A DNA stretch of 63,957 nt. Origin: Welwitschia mirabilis. Its lineage: Eukaryota. The stretch spans positions 47,816,357-47,880,313 of the forward strand of contig JBOZIK010000001.1 in assembly GCA_051453625.1 (NCBI GenBank), read 5' to 3'. The stretch's first letter is position 1; each line of letters begins with the position of its first letter. The translations under genes were made by a program, and so were the position numbers. The notes beneath the pieces were generated by a model. The model ran no database searches. It had not been told where the DNA came from and worked only from the letters and a program-made list of their open reading frames with translations. Below are positions 22,533 to 36,131 of this stretch, in pieces.

Positions 22533-25500
22533 TAGCCCTCTTAGCCTTTCCAGTCCCTAATAAAGTTGGCAAACAACTATAATTGTGAGCCAAATTGACT
22601 AATATAAAATACTAACTAGGGATATGTAAATTAAATTCAAAATCTTAGTATGCAAGATGAAATCTCAAAATCAAATAAACTAATTGGTTTACCTTGGTAG
22701 ATGTTATGACCATGTTGTTATCTCGTACATCATCCAGAAGATTATGGGAATGAGAGGTTTTAGAAATCAATCTGTAAAATTAATTGCCTACAATCATTCT
22801 TATCAAGAAATAAAATACTTACCCATGCACTATTCTCCCATTTAAAACATTTAACACATCAAAAAGATAGAGATTGAATGTCATAACAAAAAGAATTATC
22901 ATAAGATATAATCATAATAACTTAGATAAATCATGTGCATGTATAATGTATAATCAGAAAAAGTAATAACTCAGGAATGGTATTCATAAATCATGTAATT
23001 AAGCTTTTAAGCATAATATACAAGGGAAAATATATTAAACATAATTAATCATAACATTATTCCCTTCATCTATGGTCTTATGAATTGCTTGAATCATTCT
23101 TGCAAGAAAACAAACTACAGGTATTCCACTATGAAGTATATGTTTTACCAAATAATATCCATAATGCATCTCATTCAACTAATAGACAATTAAAACCAGA
23201 CAAGTACATTATAGATATGTCTTATGAAAATGTAATAATAACCCTTAAAAATTTAAAATTTCACTCAAAATATATGTCCTCCCCTCATCCCTCCTATATA
23301 GGTGAATCAATATGTCTTGTATTACATTAAAGTTAAAAAAAAGATTAATATGCAAGTTAATTACAAGTAAGCAAAACAAAAGGGCTGGGAACAGTATTCT
23401 GTGCATGAAAAGAAGGGTTAGTTTTAGTCTCAAAATGATGAAACATGAAAATGATGATTATTCAAAAAATATTTGTATTTCATCTATCTAGTCATCTAGA
23501 TGACAAGAAGGACAACAAGGGGTTTTAAAAGATTAATGAAAATTAAAGTATCAGCAGAATAAGTAAAGCACAGATAATATCATAGAGGTTTAAGAAAAGT
23601 ATCAGGGAGTTCGAAAGATGGGAAATGACTAAGAATCATGATAAATCAAGGCATGATAAAGAAGGTAAATGTACTAATATAAAGGAGATAAATGTGTTAT
23701 GAACTCATAATTATTTAAAAATAGTACTAGATGTGTCAAGACTTAAAAACAATAAAAGAAAACTAAACTTGAAAAGATTCAAAAGAATAGATGGGAAAAA
23801 ATAGCATCATAAACTAAAGAAATTTATTGATAAAAAAGAAAATCAAATTCTATAAAGAAAAGCTACAAATGAAAATAAAAATTAATAAGAAAATTACTAA
23901 ATGATTAAGCTCTAAGCATTTGTAAGAAAAGTATGGGAATAACTTTGAAATACTAAAGAAAACAACTAAGGAAAAAAAAAATGAAAATGAACAACCAGGA
24001 ACATCAAGAAGATTATGTGCCTACCCTACATTCAAATCTAGCAAACCCTCATGGAAGAGATCATGAAATTACTCGATTAATGATCCATGATAATGTAAAA
24101 ACTTCATAAAGTACCACTTAGATAGGCACTAATTATGACAATGCCAAGTAACTAATGTTTTCAAATAATAAATAATAGTATCAAAAGCTGTTCAGAAATG
24201 GACTCACCCGCTAACACCCTAAAACACACTCGAATCCTCAAAAGTGAAATAACCATGTAGGAATATTCTAAGCTCAATGAATCTAGAAAATAAGCAATTC
24301 CTCTAATGACACCAATAATACCAATGATTCCATAGCCTCAAAGTATTATTATTATTCTATGAAGAGGGGAGTTCAACCATAGTTAGAGAATTAAGAACTC
24401 ATAAAGCATGGCTCACAAAGCCCCTAGTGAAGTTCCCATAGCTACTAATACTACCAAAGATCCCTCTCAGGAAAATTTACCCCAATGTAGTAGGACATCA
24501 TAGTGATCATGTAATTAGCACAGAAATAATAGATTATGATTATTCTTTTTTTGCTTTAAATATATAAATACTTTTTCAAAATAAATCCCACATTACTACA
24601 TACTCACAAAGATGAAGATGAAGAAATAAGATGAAGGATAAGAAAGAACACCCTTAAATAACCAAAGACTCACATTATTGAGAGAAAACACAAAAAACTA
24701 AAGATATTCCTTCAAATGAAGTTTATAGACATTTGAATGTCTTAAGATTGGGTGAATCTAGTCTTATCACTTTCGAAATGCNNNNNNNNNNNNNNNNNNN
24801 NNNNNNNNNNNNNNNNNNNNNNNNNNNNNNNNNNNNNNNNNNNNNNNNNNNNNNNNNNNNNNNNNNNNNNNNNNNNNNNNNGAAGTTTATAGACAATTGA
24901 ATGTCTTAAGATTGGGTGAATCTAGTCTTATCACTTTCGAAATGCCTAAAGTAAAAATTACTAGTCATCGTAAATTCATAAAGTAAAACATTAATCAAGT
25001 TAAAAATGTTCAAGTAATAGGATGATGTCTACCAAAAGAATTAACCAATAAAGAATTTAGATAATTGCAGGAGAACATTTAAAAGAATTTCTTTTATCAT
25101 GTTCAAGGCCTTTTGATAATTCATGCATTTGTAACCTTGGTCCATTTTTTTGAGTTTCCTTAGTGTTCAAATCAGAAATCTCAACTAAGCCATAAAAAAT
25201 GTACTTTTTTAAAAAGATAAGAACCTAACCATCTACAGGTTAATTATTGCTAATAAAAATCAAAGACAAAAACAATCAACATAAAAGCAAAAAGGAAATA
25301 CCAAAACAAACTAAAAGGAAGTTTTATTCTAATCCTAAATCCTATTTAACGCTTTATTTGTAAGAAAGAAAAAAAGAAAGAAGAATTTATTCAAGTCCTA
25401 AGGTATTGTACTATCTCAAAAGAATAAGAACAAAACCAAAAAAAGACTATTTGATAAAACATGAAAGGCACATATGCATAACAAGTTAACATTTTGACTC

Positions 25501-25699
25501 CACAAAATTTATTTACAATATGAGAGATAGAGTTTAGATAATTCATAGAAGAATAATATCTTATCAAATACATGATATGAAGAATTTTAATTATAGATTT
25601 CATCTAAAGATTAATCTTTAGGATGAAAAAGATTAATAGTTTTGTTAGAAATTAAAAAATTTGAAGAAATCTTCTTAGGATGAATGATGAAGGTAAGTT

Positions 25700-28600
25700 A
25701 TAGAGTGATGGTTGAGTGGGAGCTCTCTTAGGGCTTTTGAAGCTCTGATCTAGAATGTAGAAGGGAGTGAGACTTAGAAGACCACAGATCAGTAAGGACG
25801 GTTTCAGTTCTTAGTCACAGCATGTAAGGGATGACTTTGTCCACTAGACAGTGTATCTATCGGTAAGTTATGGAATCTTTTAAAATCTTAGTTTTGATCT
25901 ATTTTAGGGCTTTTTTTTTGTTTTTTTTTTAAGGGGACTGGTTCCCCAAAATGGAGAAGACTCAATTCTCTAGGGAAGAAAAAAAAATCCTAGTTTTAAA
26001 TATAGATGATCTAATTTGAGGAAAAACTCTAGTATAGTTTAATCAAAAAGTTCATTTCATCTGACCCAAGACTCAGACTAGATCGAATTAGAGAATGGAT
26101 GACAACTAAATGGATGAGATTAAGATGAGATAATCATAAAAAAACCTTGGTTCTTTGGAGTGAGGGATCTTATCCTAGCCAAATGGATGCCCGAGTGTAA
26201 TCAAACTCAAATGTATTTAAGAAGATACCAATATGGATCCACATTCACAAGTTTCCCTTAGAGTTTTAGGATGAAAACCTCGTAAGGAAAATTTCCTTCC
26301 AGTTTGGTAAACTGATTAAGCTAGATAGGATTACCATTAAACAAACAAGACTAGTCTTAACTAGGTTTTGTATGTGGATGAGTTTAGAGGATACAAAAAA
26401 GATAAAATCCATGAAATTCAGATCTAAATGGGGTATCTATGATCTTGAAGTTACTTATGAGAAACTTTTAGTCTCATGTAATGTTTGGGAAAAAATCAGG
26501 GCACATTTTGGGGAGATGTGTTTCTTTTGAAAAGAGATGCTTCCATTGTAATAGAACGGGTTACTTAAGAGAAGAATGTAGAAAATAGTTGGTTGATTTT
26601 GAAGAAAAATAAAAGAAAACCTGTACTTTTTACAAGAATCCTAGACATAATCAAAGCATATGTTGGCATAAATAAATAAAGGAAAACTCGTTAAAAAGTA
26701 CTACAGTTTTTCCCAAGGAAACAAGAAAAACAAGGAGAAGAAAGTACAGAAAAGGGGGACAACCCCTTTAAACCTCTCATGGAAGAAGAGGACTCCCAGC
26801 AACCTCGGAACTCACTAAATATAGATGAGCCTAATGATGTAAAAATTCAGATGAGAATAAGACCCAGCAACAAAACCCTTTGAGAAAGGAAACCAATAGA
26901 GAATGTGGCGAGTAGTTCCTAAGCTAACATTGGAGATAATCTCAAAAAAGGTCAAGCACCCAGAAAGGGATGAAAACAAACCCAATAAATTATCTTTTAT
27001 GAAATTACAAGGGATTAGGATCCTCCTACAAGAAAAACACCTTAAGAAATCCTATTAGTCAGTTTAATATTNNNNNNNNNNNNNNNNNNNNNNNNNNNNN
27101 NNNNNNNNNNNNNNNNNNNNNNNNNNNNNNNNNNNNNNNNNNNNNNNNNNNNNNNNNNNNNNNNNNNNNNNNNNNNNNNNNNNNNNNNNNNAAAATAAGG
27201 TAGATCTAATTAATAGCAGCAAAACCACATTACTATCTTCATTAAGGAAGAAATTTAGACTGTAACAAATATCTATAGTCCTCAAAATAATCAAGATAAA
27301 ACCTCTATCTTAGAGGAATTATAGTGGACAGTGATAGATAAATATAAATGAGTCATTATGGAGACTTCAATCAATGTCTAAATTACTGGGAAAAATCACG
27401 AGACGATACCTATATTTCCAAAGGATCTTTAATTCTAAAAGCGTTTTTAGCTTGAAATACTCTTACAGATGTCCATATTACTAGATACAAATATACTTAC
27501 TCTCATAACAGGACTAGTAACAACCTAATCATGTCTAGGATTGATAGAATTCTTGTTGGTAAGGATTTAGTTAAGATTCCAATTAAATCCTATGGCCTAA
27601 ATAGAATAGCTTTGGATCTCCATCCTATTAGATCTAGAATGGGACGATTGCACCTCAAAAAACTACGTTTCATATGAAATGGTATTGGATTAACTCGATA
27701 GAAACTCAAACGTTGATAAAAAATATTTAGGCATACTATGATGGGCCACAACCCAAAATTTTCCTTTACAAAGGCCTTAATACCTTAAAAGCCCATATAA
27801 AGTATTGGAGAGGGAAAGATAAGGAAAGATTTAAGTTCAAAGCACTCCTTGAGGAAGAAATCCAAAGAATCTAGAAGACCAAGATAGTCTTCATAACAAG
27901 GACTATCATTGGCTATCGAAACTACAAGAGATAAATGTTGATAAGGAAAATTATTAGAGAGAACGTTCAAGGATAAAATGCCTCAAAGAGTGGGATAAAC
28001 TTACTAGGTTTTTATTCCAGCAAGCCAATCAACACAGATTAGATAATAGGATTAGAAGGCTTACTATTAGAGGTCAAATAACTGAAAATAAATAGGACAT
28101 AACCAAGGAAATGCAGGTCCATATTATGAGAATTTGGGAGTGGAACAATACCACCCCTAGCATCATTTCGGAGAATAAAAAAATTTCTAATGAGAATAAC
28201 TCCCTTTTTATTAAACCTTTGAGTAAAGATGAAGTCTTATTAGCTGTGAGATCTATGAATAATGCTAGAGCTCCTAGTCTAGATGGATGATCAGTTAAAC
28301 TTTTCAAATATCACTTTTCTATTTTAGAGGATAATCTTCAGAAGGTCATGTAGATGTTTTTTATAATAAGAAAATTTCTAGGGAAATGAATAGAACCAAG
28401 TTACTCTTTAACCCCTAAAAAAGGGATGCTAGAGAACTAGAGGACTTCAAACCATTAGGTATCTGCAATGTTCTTTATAGAATTTTTGCGAAAATCATGG
28501 TTGGCTGTATCACCCCCTACTGCTCAAGGTGATTTCAGAGAATTAATCTGACTTCATACAATCCAGACATATCCAGAAACAAATCCTCTTGACTAATGAG

Positions 28601-29200
28601 ATCATTTATCCTATTAAAAATTTAAATTTCTTCTTCTTACTACTAGATTAGATATTGCTAAAGCTTACAATTCAGTTAGTTAATAAGCGTTAAGAAGTAT
28701 TCTCAAGAAAACTGATTTTCATCAAGATAATTAATCTTTAGCTAAATATGCAAGCATTAGCTGAATTTAGTGTGGAGATTAATAATTACAAGTTAAAATT
28801 TTTATCAGTAGGTCAAGGATTAGAAAAGGGAAATCCCTTATCTGCATATCTTTTTCTTGTTGTGATGAATGTTTTACAGGTCTTCTTACAGAGTAATGGA
28901 GTTATAGGAATCAAAATTGGAGGTCAAACTTGTATCAATAATCACTATGTAGATGATACCATCATTATTACTAAGGCTTCATGTTAGTAAGAAAGAACTA
29001 TTAAGAATTCCATGAACCTTTTCACGGTAGCTAGAGGTCTCCATATCAACTAGAATAAGTCAAGAATCCACACCTTAGATAGAAACAATATTATAAAGGG
29101 TGAAATCACTCAAATCCTAAATACTAAAATGGGAGACTTGTAGGATATTCACTTGGGAATTTCTCCTTTGGAATTGGCATAAGACCCTCATCTAGAGCTA
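25700..29200 (+). mobile_element. L1-type LINE, decayed and 3'-truncated
   Basis: ORF1: IPIWIHIHKFPLEF*DENLVRKISFQFGKLIKLDRIT and knuckle RCFHCNRTGYLREEC. Endonuclease: GDFNQCL, SRIDRILV. RT: APSLDG, DFKPLGICNVLYRIFAKIM, LDIAKAYNSVS, GLEKGNPLSAYLF, HYVDDTIII. Boundaries approximate. Confidence 0.9.
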
Positions 29201-29204
29201 CATC

Positions 29205-30238
29205 CAAATACACTAATGCAATGCAAATGCAAACTACTTACAATGCAATATCTAGCCGACTACCAAATCTCTGTCACCAGGATCGGCCATGTATAAACTA
29301 GATCAATCAAGGAAACTATTGCTAACCCTAGGCAACCTAGGCTATTAAGTATATCAAACAGAATATGAAAAACATTAAATGATTAATCTAGGAAATATAA
29401 AATGTAATACAAGTTCCTAAACTAATGATTTCAACCTTGACAAAGGTTGTCCTTATTGACCTATATTAAAAATGAAGTTGTCATGGAATCATAAGCAACA
29501 TAAACAGTAAGGGACATGTTCATGACTATAAAAACTAAAAGAAAGTTTCTATTCAAAGTTGAACCAACATCCTGTGCCAAAGCAACAACACCTCAATGAA
29601 GGAGATACAACCCAACACCAAGAAAAACTCCTCTCTGCAACTAACAGATGGACCTTCGGCCCTTCAATATCTTTTCACAAGAATTTCTGGTGTAATGAAG
29701 ATGATCGGAGTTAAGGATAAAGGTAGTATTTATTAACAATAACAGACTCAAAAATAATAAATCTGACAAATGCAACTAAAATCCTAATGGCACATGAAAA
29801 GAATATGACACATTGCAAAGGTTTGTAAAGTTTGGTACATTGACTAAAATTAGGTGTTATCCTTCTAATCGTCTAGATCATTGTGGGGACAATGCCACAT
29901 TAATAGAGGTCCACATCAGGATGCACCTTAGTCCAGTTAACATCCTAATCAGCTTACACGTGTTATCGTCCTGTACTGTCATCCAGACAATGTAGGGGAT
30001 GATAGGCTTCTTAATGCTCTTTCATCAAGTGAATTTGGCCTTATGAAACATTAATTCCTTCTCAAATGTAAAGTATTACAATTGATCTAACATGACTCCA
30101 AATGTGTTGGTAATTATGAATTTTGGAGATTTTCTCCTTGACCCTTAATAATCATCATTTTGTACTTAAACCTGTCTAAATATCCTACAAAACTACTCAA
30201 AATATGCCATCGAAAACATACAATTTGGCATCACAACA
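29205..30238 (-). repeat. 5' LTR of the nested element, U5 end deleted
   Basis: Homology to the 3' LTR stops at about 29205, where LINE sequence abuts; no PBS. Confidence 0.85.
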
Positions 30239-30243
30239 AGTAG

Positions 30244-30800
30244 TCACTTAGAGTTGATTAAGATCATCCAAGATGACATGCCATTCAACATGCCCAAATT
30301 CCTTCTCTATAACATAGTCAACCACATACAACACAAGAGTAACTTGTCTTTTTCATTTTTAGTTTTTGATCTCATTTATAATGCCCTTTACACAATCCTT
30401 GATTATAATAGTTGGAATAAGATTTACATAGAAATCATTACATCGAGAAAGATAGTCTAAGTCCAAAAGTGTAAGAACTTGGATTGGGTTCTAAGAGAGC
30501 AACAACAAGAGAACCAACAAGAAGAAGAACTTGAAGACCCCACTCTTATTCATTTTCAATATTTTTGTTTCCCTTATTCCCCTCCTATAATAAGAAGAAA
30601 AGGTACATGACCCATTGATGAATCTTCTCAACCCTCATTTTGTCCCCCTTTTCCACAATCTTCTTCTTTGACTCCAAGTGCTTTTAGAGGAGGTGCCAAG
30701 AGAGCACAAGATATGGAATGACAAGTTATGGGGTAAAATAAAGAAGATCTCACACAAGCAAAAGAAAATATCCAAGAAGCAAGATGAGATGGATAAAAAA
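30244..30800 (+). pseudogene. 3' half of the Athila-like extra ORF
   Basis: SHLELIKIIQDDMPFNMPKFLLYNIVNHIQHKSNLSFSFLVFDLIYNAL, followed by a decayed Q/E-rich segment. Confidence 0.6.
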
Positions 30801-31980
30801 TTTCAAAGGATGATTTCTCATAAAAAAATCTATTAGTTAGCATTTTTATTGTCATTTTTACTTCACTTTCTATTTTCTTATGTAGTTTTAGTTGTAGTAT
30901 ATTATAATTTTGTGACATTTTTTTGATGTAATGGTTTTTGTCACATAATATAATTTCACTATCATTCCTTATTTCTATGAATTTTATCTATCACTGCATT
31001 CAACTCAGATACCCATAATTCTTCACATGTCTTGTCCATCTATTCATAAAATATGAGACCTAATAGTTTCACTTAACCAATACTACTAGCATTTTTGACC
31101 ATTGCTGCTACTTCTGTAAGCTCTTTCTCTAATAATTTTTACTTATAGGTTCTCTATCATGTTTTCAAACGTTTTGGTTTTAGTGTGACAAAAACATGTT
31201 TCTGAAATTAACAGAAGCACTTTACATCATCATTTTTTATTTTTCTTTTTCATTTTCATAAACCACTAACCTTACCATTTCATCATTCACCTCTAATGTA
31301 CTTTGATTGACCATTGCTTCTTAGAGTTGTTTTCATTTCATGCACTCTTTTTACACATCATTATATAGTTATGCATTGCATCATTTTTCAGCATTTCTAG
31401 TTAGAATTCTTCATTTTTCATGCATTTTCTTTCTTAGCTAGTAACGTGCATTGTCTTGTTCTCATTTTTGAATTCAATGGTTGGGATGAGCGACACTTAT
31501 ATTTACCATTCATTATGTATGTCCTATTCTTTTGCCTAAGTGTAAATAAGCCTCAAATTGGCCAAATTTTTTCAAATTTTCATTATCATTTTTGCATCAT
31601 ACTTGAATGATACTAGTTTGTAGTTTTTACCATGTTATACAACTTTGTTAGACTTTTTACTAAGACATTAGTAAAATATTAGTAGGTGGATATGTTCACA
31701 TGCAAAAATTGACATTTACTTAGAAGTAATTAAGACTAGTTTACCATGATCATTTTATCCTTTTCACAGTTTTATGCATTTATTGTGATCATTGTTGACT
31801 AAATTTCAATTTACTAAAAATTGGCTTGAGACATACATTTTAATTTAATTCAACATTTATAATACAATTTCTTAAATAATAAACTATACCACCAACTATT
31901 GTTTTCTACGCATTTAAAAAGAAAAGATATGTTTTGCCATTTCACTTTTATATGTTTTGCATTTAATAAGTATTCTTTAC

Positions 31981-32810
31981 CATCATATTTAGTATGATAT
32001 AGTTTCTTTGATAATAAATTGTATGACCAGTTATCATTTTCTACTCATTTGAAAATAAATCATGAATTTCATTGTTTATCTGTTAAATTTTTACATCTAG
32101 TGCTTCCTCCTAATCATCATATTCAACAATACATTATCTCTTACCATCGTACTTAGTATAATATAATTTATTTGATAATAAATCATGAATTTCATCATTT
32201 CTCTTTTAAATGTTTACATCTAGTGCTTCATCCTAATCATCATATTCAATAATACATTATTCCTTACCATCGTATTTAGTATAATATAATTTCTTTGATA
32301 ATAAATCATGAATTTCATCATTACTCTTTTACATGTTTACATCAATTGCTGACTCCTAGTCATCATATTCAACAATACATTACTCCTTACTAGCATATTT
32401 AATATAATATAGGTTCCTTGATAATAAAGTGTATAATCAATTATTATTTTCCACTCATTAAAAAATAAATCATGAATTTCATCATTACATCTACTACTTA
32501 CTCCTAATCCTCATATCCAATAATATATTATTCATTTCCATCATATTTAGTATACTATAATTTCTTTGATAATAAATTATAAATTTTTTAATTTGTCTTT
32601 TACATGTTTATATCTAATGCTTATTCCTAATTATCACATTCAACAATACATTATTCCTTACCATCATATTTAGTATAATATAGTTTCTTTGATAATAAAT
32701 TGTATAATCAATTATTATTTTCTACTCATTTGAAAATAAATCATGAATTTCACCATTTCTCTTTTACATGTTTACATCTACTCCTCGTAATCATATTCAA
32801 CAATATATTA
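31981..32810. repeat. Tandem array, 123-bp core unit, about 6 copies
   Basis: Unit starts at 31981, 32145, 32268, 32391, 32539 and 32662. Confidence 0.9.
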
Positions 32811-34615
32811 TGGCAAATTAAATATATAGAATAAAGCTCCATTGATAATTATTAATAATTTATATATCAAAACATATATCTAAAAATCTAAATACAGTAG
32901 TTAATGAAATAATAATCCAATTAATTAAACACGCATTCATTATTCAAAGTCGTTCAAAGGTCATAAGTTCAAAGTTTGTAGGTCTTAATATGATTAACAT
33001 ACTATAAGCCCTTAAATGATTCAATTATTCCATTATAAACCCTTAAATGTAATTAGATCACTTATATAAGTAATCTTATTGACGATTTTCCAAGAAAGTA
33101 AATTCCCTAAAAGTTTTGAGTTTATCCCTATACGTAAAAATACTAAATGCTCATACATTAAAAACAATTACATTCATGTGTCTCTCTAATACGTTTTTTT
33201 TTTAATTTTCATTCTCTACACTTAACATTTAGTTACATTTAACTAGTTTTATATGAAGGAGTCTTGTAAATAAAATATAAATTGAAATATGAACATTTGC
33301 TTATTTTTGTGTGGATATAAATAAAATATAATTTTAAATGATATTTAGTTGCCTTCACCGTATTGTCATTAAATTTTCTCCCAAATTTATACAGGTACTA
33401 CTGTATATGAGCACAAAGGTTATGTTCTCACGCATCGCAATCCCACAAGATTCTAGAAAGGTCTTCCTTTTTATTGGGGTGAATCCTCCCCCGGAGAAAC
33501 TTTGTAAAGCAAAAGTTCCACATGCTACTAGAGATTTATCTTTAATCCTGGACGCTGAGCACCGTTCTGCACTTTGATTCTAATGTAAAGGATTTTTCAT
33601 TTCGTTTTTCTTGAACTCCCAGGGAAGAGAACGTCGGGCATAGAAGGCCAAATGTCTGTTGATCGAATGCAACCATACGGTCATAATTTATTTATGAAAG
33701 TCAGATATTCAAGGGGTAAGAGTTACATGCAGCTAAGCTTTCATACGAGAACTAACCATAGCTGCATGCAGCAAAAACTACTATGCTGAAGGAAGAATAT
33801 AGTACAGCAAGTAACGTCACCAGTCTTTCAATGTTGATTGGAAACAGTTCACGCATTCGAGTTTGTTTAGTGGCCTGGATTTCTGGCATTGCAGAAACTC
33901 TTATCATATGACAGTATGCATTGTTGTATTGAAAGAGATGATAACAGTAAGTACATTATGAAGTTCAAAAACGTGGAACGGCAAACCAGAAGAGTATCAG
34001 TAAGATCTGCGTGACTTTCCACGCTTCTCCTTTAAAGTGAGCTCAAAATCTACCGCCTAGCTCACATATGAACGTACAGCATTCCCCTCGTTGTCGGATA
34101 GCCGAAAAATACGGCAATATTTCCGAAAAATCATCAAAATAATAGAACTTACCACTCTCTACTGTAGTAGTTTCCAATCAAAAAATTTAGCAATGATACG
34201 GAGGCACAACGAACACAGTACCAGGCGTAGATTTGGAAATCCCTTATACTGCAGATATGTTCGAAGACTTGAAAATCAGAAATGAAAATTAAAGGAGAAC
34301 AGATTGCTCTCTACATATCCTCAATGCACTACGGATTTCTTTGTGCAACAACGAATTATGCGGCAAATAAAAAACGTAAAATGAGTAAAATACGCTCAGT
34401 TGTCCCTGCAATATTGAAAAATACCGTTGTCAGATCCAAGCAAAAAATTTATTGATATAAGCTCGGAATATACACAGTTGGAAGCTTAATTCACATGCAA
34501 CGATATCTGTGTAATCGTTTTCCAAATTCCTGCACCCGAAGCCTACCGTTGTGTCGTTTGAAATTCTGAAACAGTATAATAGGCCTGACAAGAAGACATC
34601 TTATGAGATGTGGAA

Positions 34616-35131
34616 TTAGAGGTCCAGCTCCAGGCCGAGGTGTGCTCTTTGAGGCAAACGTGATTTCCTAAGGCTTCTTCTCTTCAGAACACAACTCGAA
34701 CCTGCGTAAGGGGCAGATATCCAGTCTCCAATCTCCTTTTGAAAGAATTCCGCTCCGGTTGTAGGGAGATGAAAGATTTCTCGTTCAAAAGAGGAGCTCG
34801 AAGAATGATCTAGAGGAATATCATTTGGCGAATGCGAGGAATCGCGTGAACTTTCAGATGTTTTCTGTTTGAGCGGAGACAGCACAGGAGAGACCTTCGC
34901 AGCTCTGGACCTCCTGTGCCGCCGATAAGAAGCGCTTCGTTCTTTGCATTTTCTAGTATGCTTATGGCACATCGAATGTCCTTCCAGTGCCTGAAGGCGA
35001 CATCTCCATCCCTTTCCGTCAGAGCGCCTGCATCTCCTTTCATTTTCATCATTTTCAGGAGTGTTGTTCCAAGAATGCTTATCCTGCTTCAGTTTCTTCA
35101 TCATAAATTCAAAACTTGCTTTATCTGTCAT
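34616..35131 (-). CDS. WRC-domain (C3H zinc finger) protein, single exon, 171 aa from the first ATG
   Basis: RCRRSDGKGWRCRLQALEGHSMCHKH = CX9CX10CX2H WRC signature; basic NLS-like stretches; Ser-rich tail; CT-rich leader upstream; CpG-retaining context. Confidence 0.85.
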   Translation of the reverse strand: MTDKASFEFMMKKLKQDKHSWNNTPENDENERRCRRSDGKGWRCRLQALEGHSMCHKHTRKCKERSASYRRHRRSRAAKVSPVLSPLKQKTSESSRDSSHSPNDIPLDHSSSSSFEREIFHLPTTGAEFFQKEIGDWISAPYAGSSCVLKRRSLRKSRLPQRAHLGLELDL

Positions 35132-36131
35132 CAATAAACGGAAAAAAACAAACTCGTTTCTCGGAATCGTAGCGCCGCGTTTCAGGACCTCTTCTGAGGC
35201 GTTTAGAAGCGCGTTTTGGACGCTGCGAAGCAGAGCGTTTAACTTTGAAAACCGGAGTTTATGAAAGAGAGAGAAGAGATGGAGGAGCGCGATATATCAG
35301 TGCTTGCCTTATTTTCCTTCGATTTTGCAGAAAAAACAGTGCTTGCCTTATTTCCTTCGCATTTGCAGAATAGACATTCTCATTCATCTCGCGGAGCAGT
35401 ACGGGAGGCCAGGCGTCGTGTCAACTGCCATGACGGAAGACTGATGAAGAAGCCTTGTCATGCACGGAAACACCACAATTCCTCGCAAGATTATGAATCC
35501 CTGGGGTTTACCTTGCATTTAGTGAGGACTGTGAATTGACAGGGCCGTCTATGGCTTCGCTAGGCTCTTCTACTGTATTTATAATATCATGTCTTTATTT
35601 AGTAATTGAGTTTTGGGCAATGAAATAAAGAAAGAGAGAGAAGATGAAAGAAACGTTAGAAAAGAATAACAAATAATAAATCGTGTCATGAGTATGAGAA
35701 GGGGTGTCTTGCCATACTTTGTAAGTTAATCTTAACGTACGACATTTGGCACTCGCGTTAATATTTATGATTATGGTATTAAAACCACTCTTTAATGCAA
35801 CTGCATAGATTTCATCTTAACCTTTCATAAAAGGTAAACCAAAATGAAACGAGGTGATAATAACCTTAGGACGACCCTTATGAAGAGAAAGGTGAACATA
35901 ATCCTATTACAATCCCCACGAAAGTATCTAGAAATAGCTTTGGTTTTGAAAAAATATTCAAAAAAGCAATTTAAAATAAAGAGTTTTAAATGACAAAAAT
36001 ATTTAAAGAAAATTGACATCCAATTTTTCATTTTTACAATGACTTTAAATGTTTTAAAATATGCATTAAGATAAGCTTCGAGTAAGGGAAGGATGATTTT
36101 TAATAGCTTTGTCATTTCTTAAGGTGTCATA

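Larger units (their letters stand above)
20641..30238 (-). mobile_element. Nested LTR retroelement with TSD AGTAG
   Basis: Direct repeats 20641-22532 and about 29205-30238; AGTAG at 20636-20640 and 30239-30243; no gag-pol recognised internally. Confidence 0.88.

Noticed and set aside
24718-24945. Direct repeats flanking 100-N gaps (also 37620-37823 and 39838-39998)
   Set aside because: Most simply unmerged contig overlaps or haplotypes
25080-25650. Possible second LINE remnant (SNPKSY, KNNILSNT)
   Set aside because: Too degenerate to support by eye
34616-35131. Calling the WRC gene a GRF
   Set aside because: No QLQ domain or miR396-site motif visible
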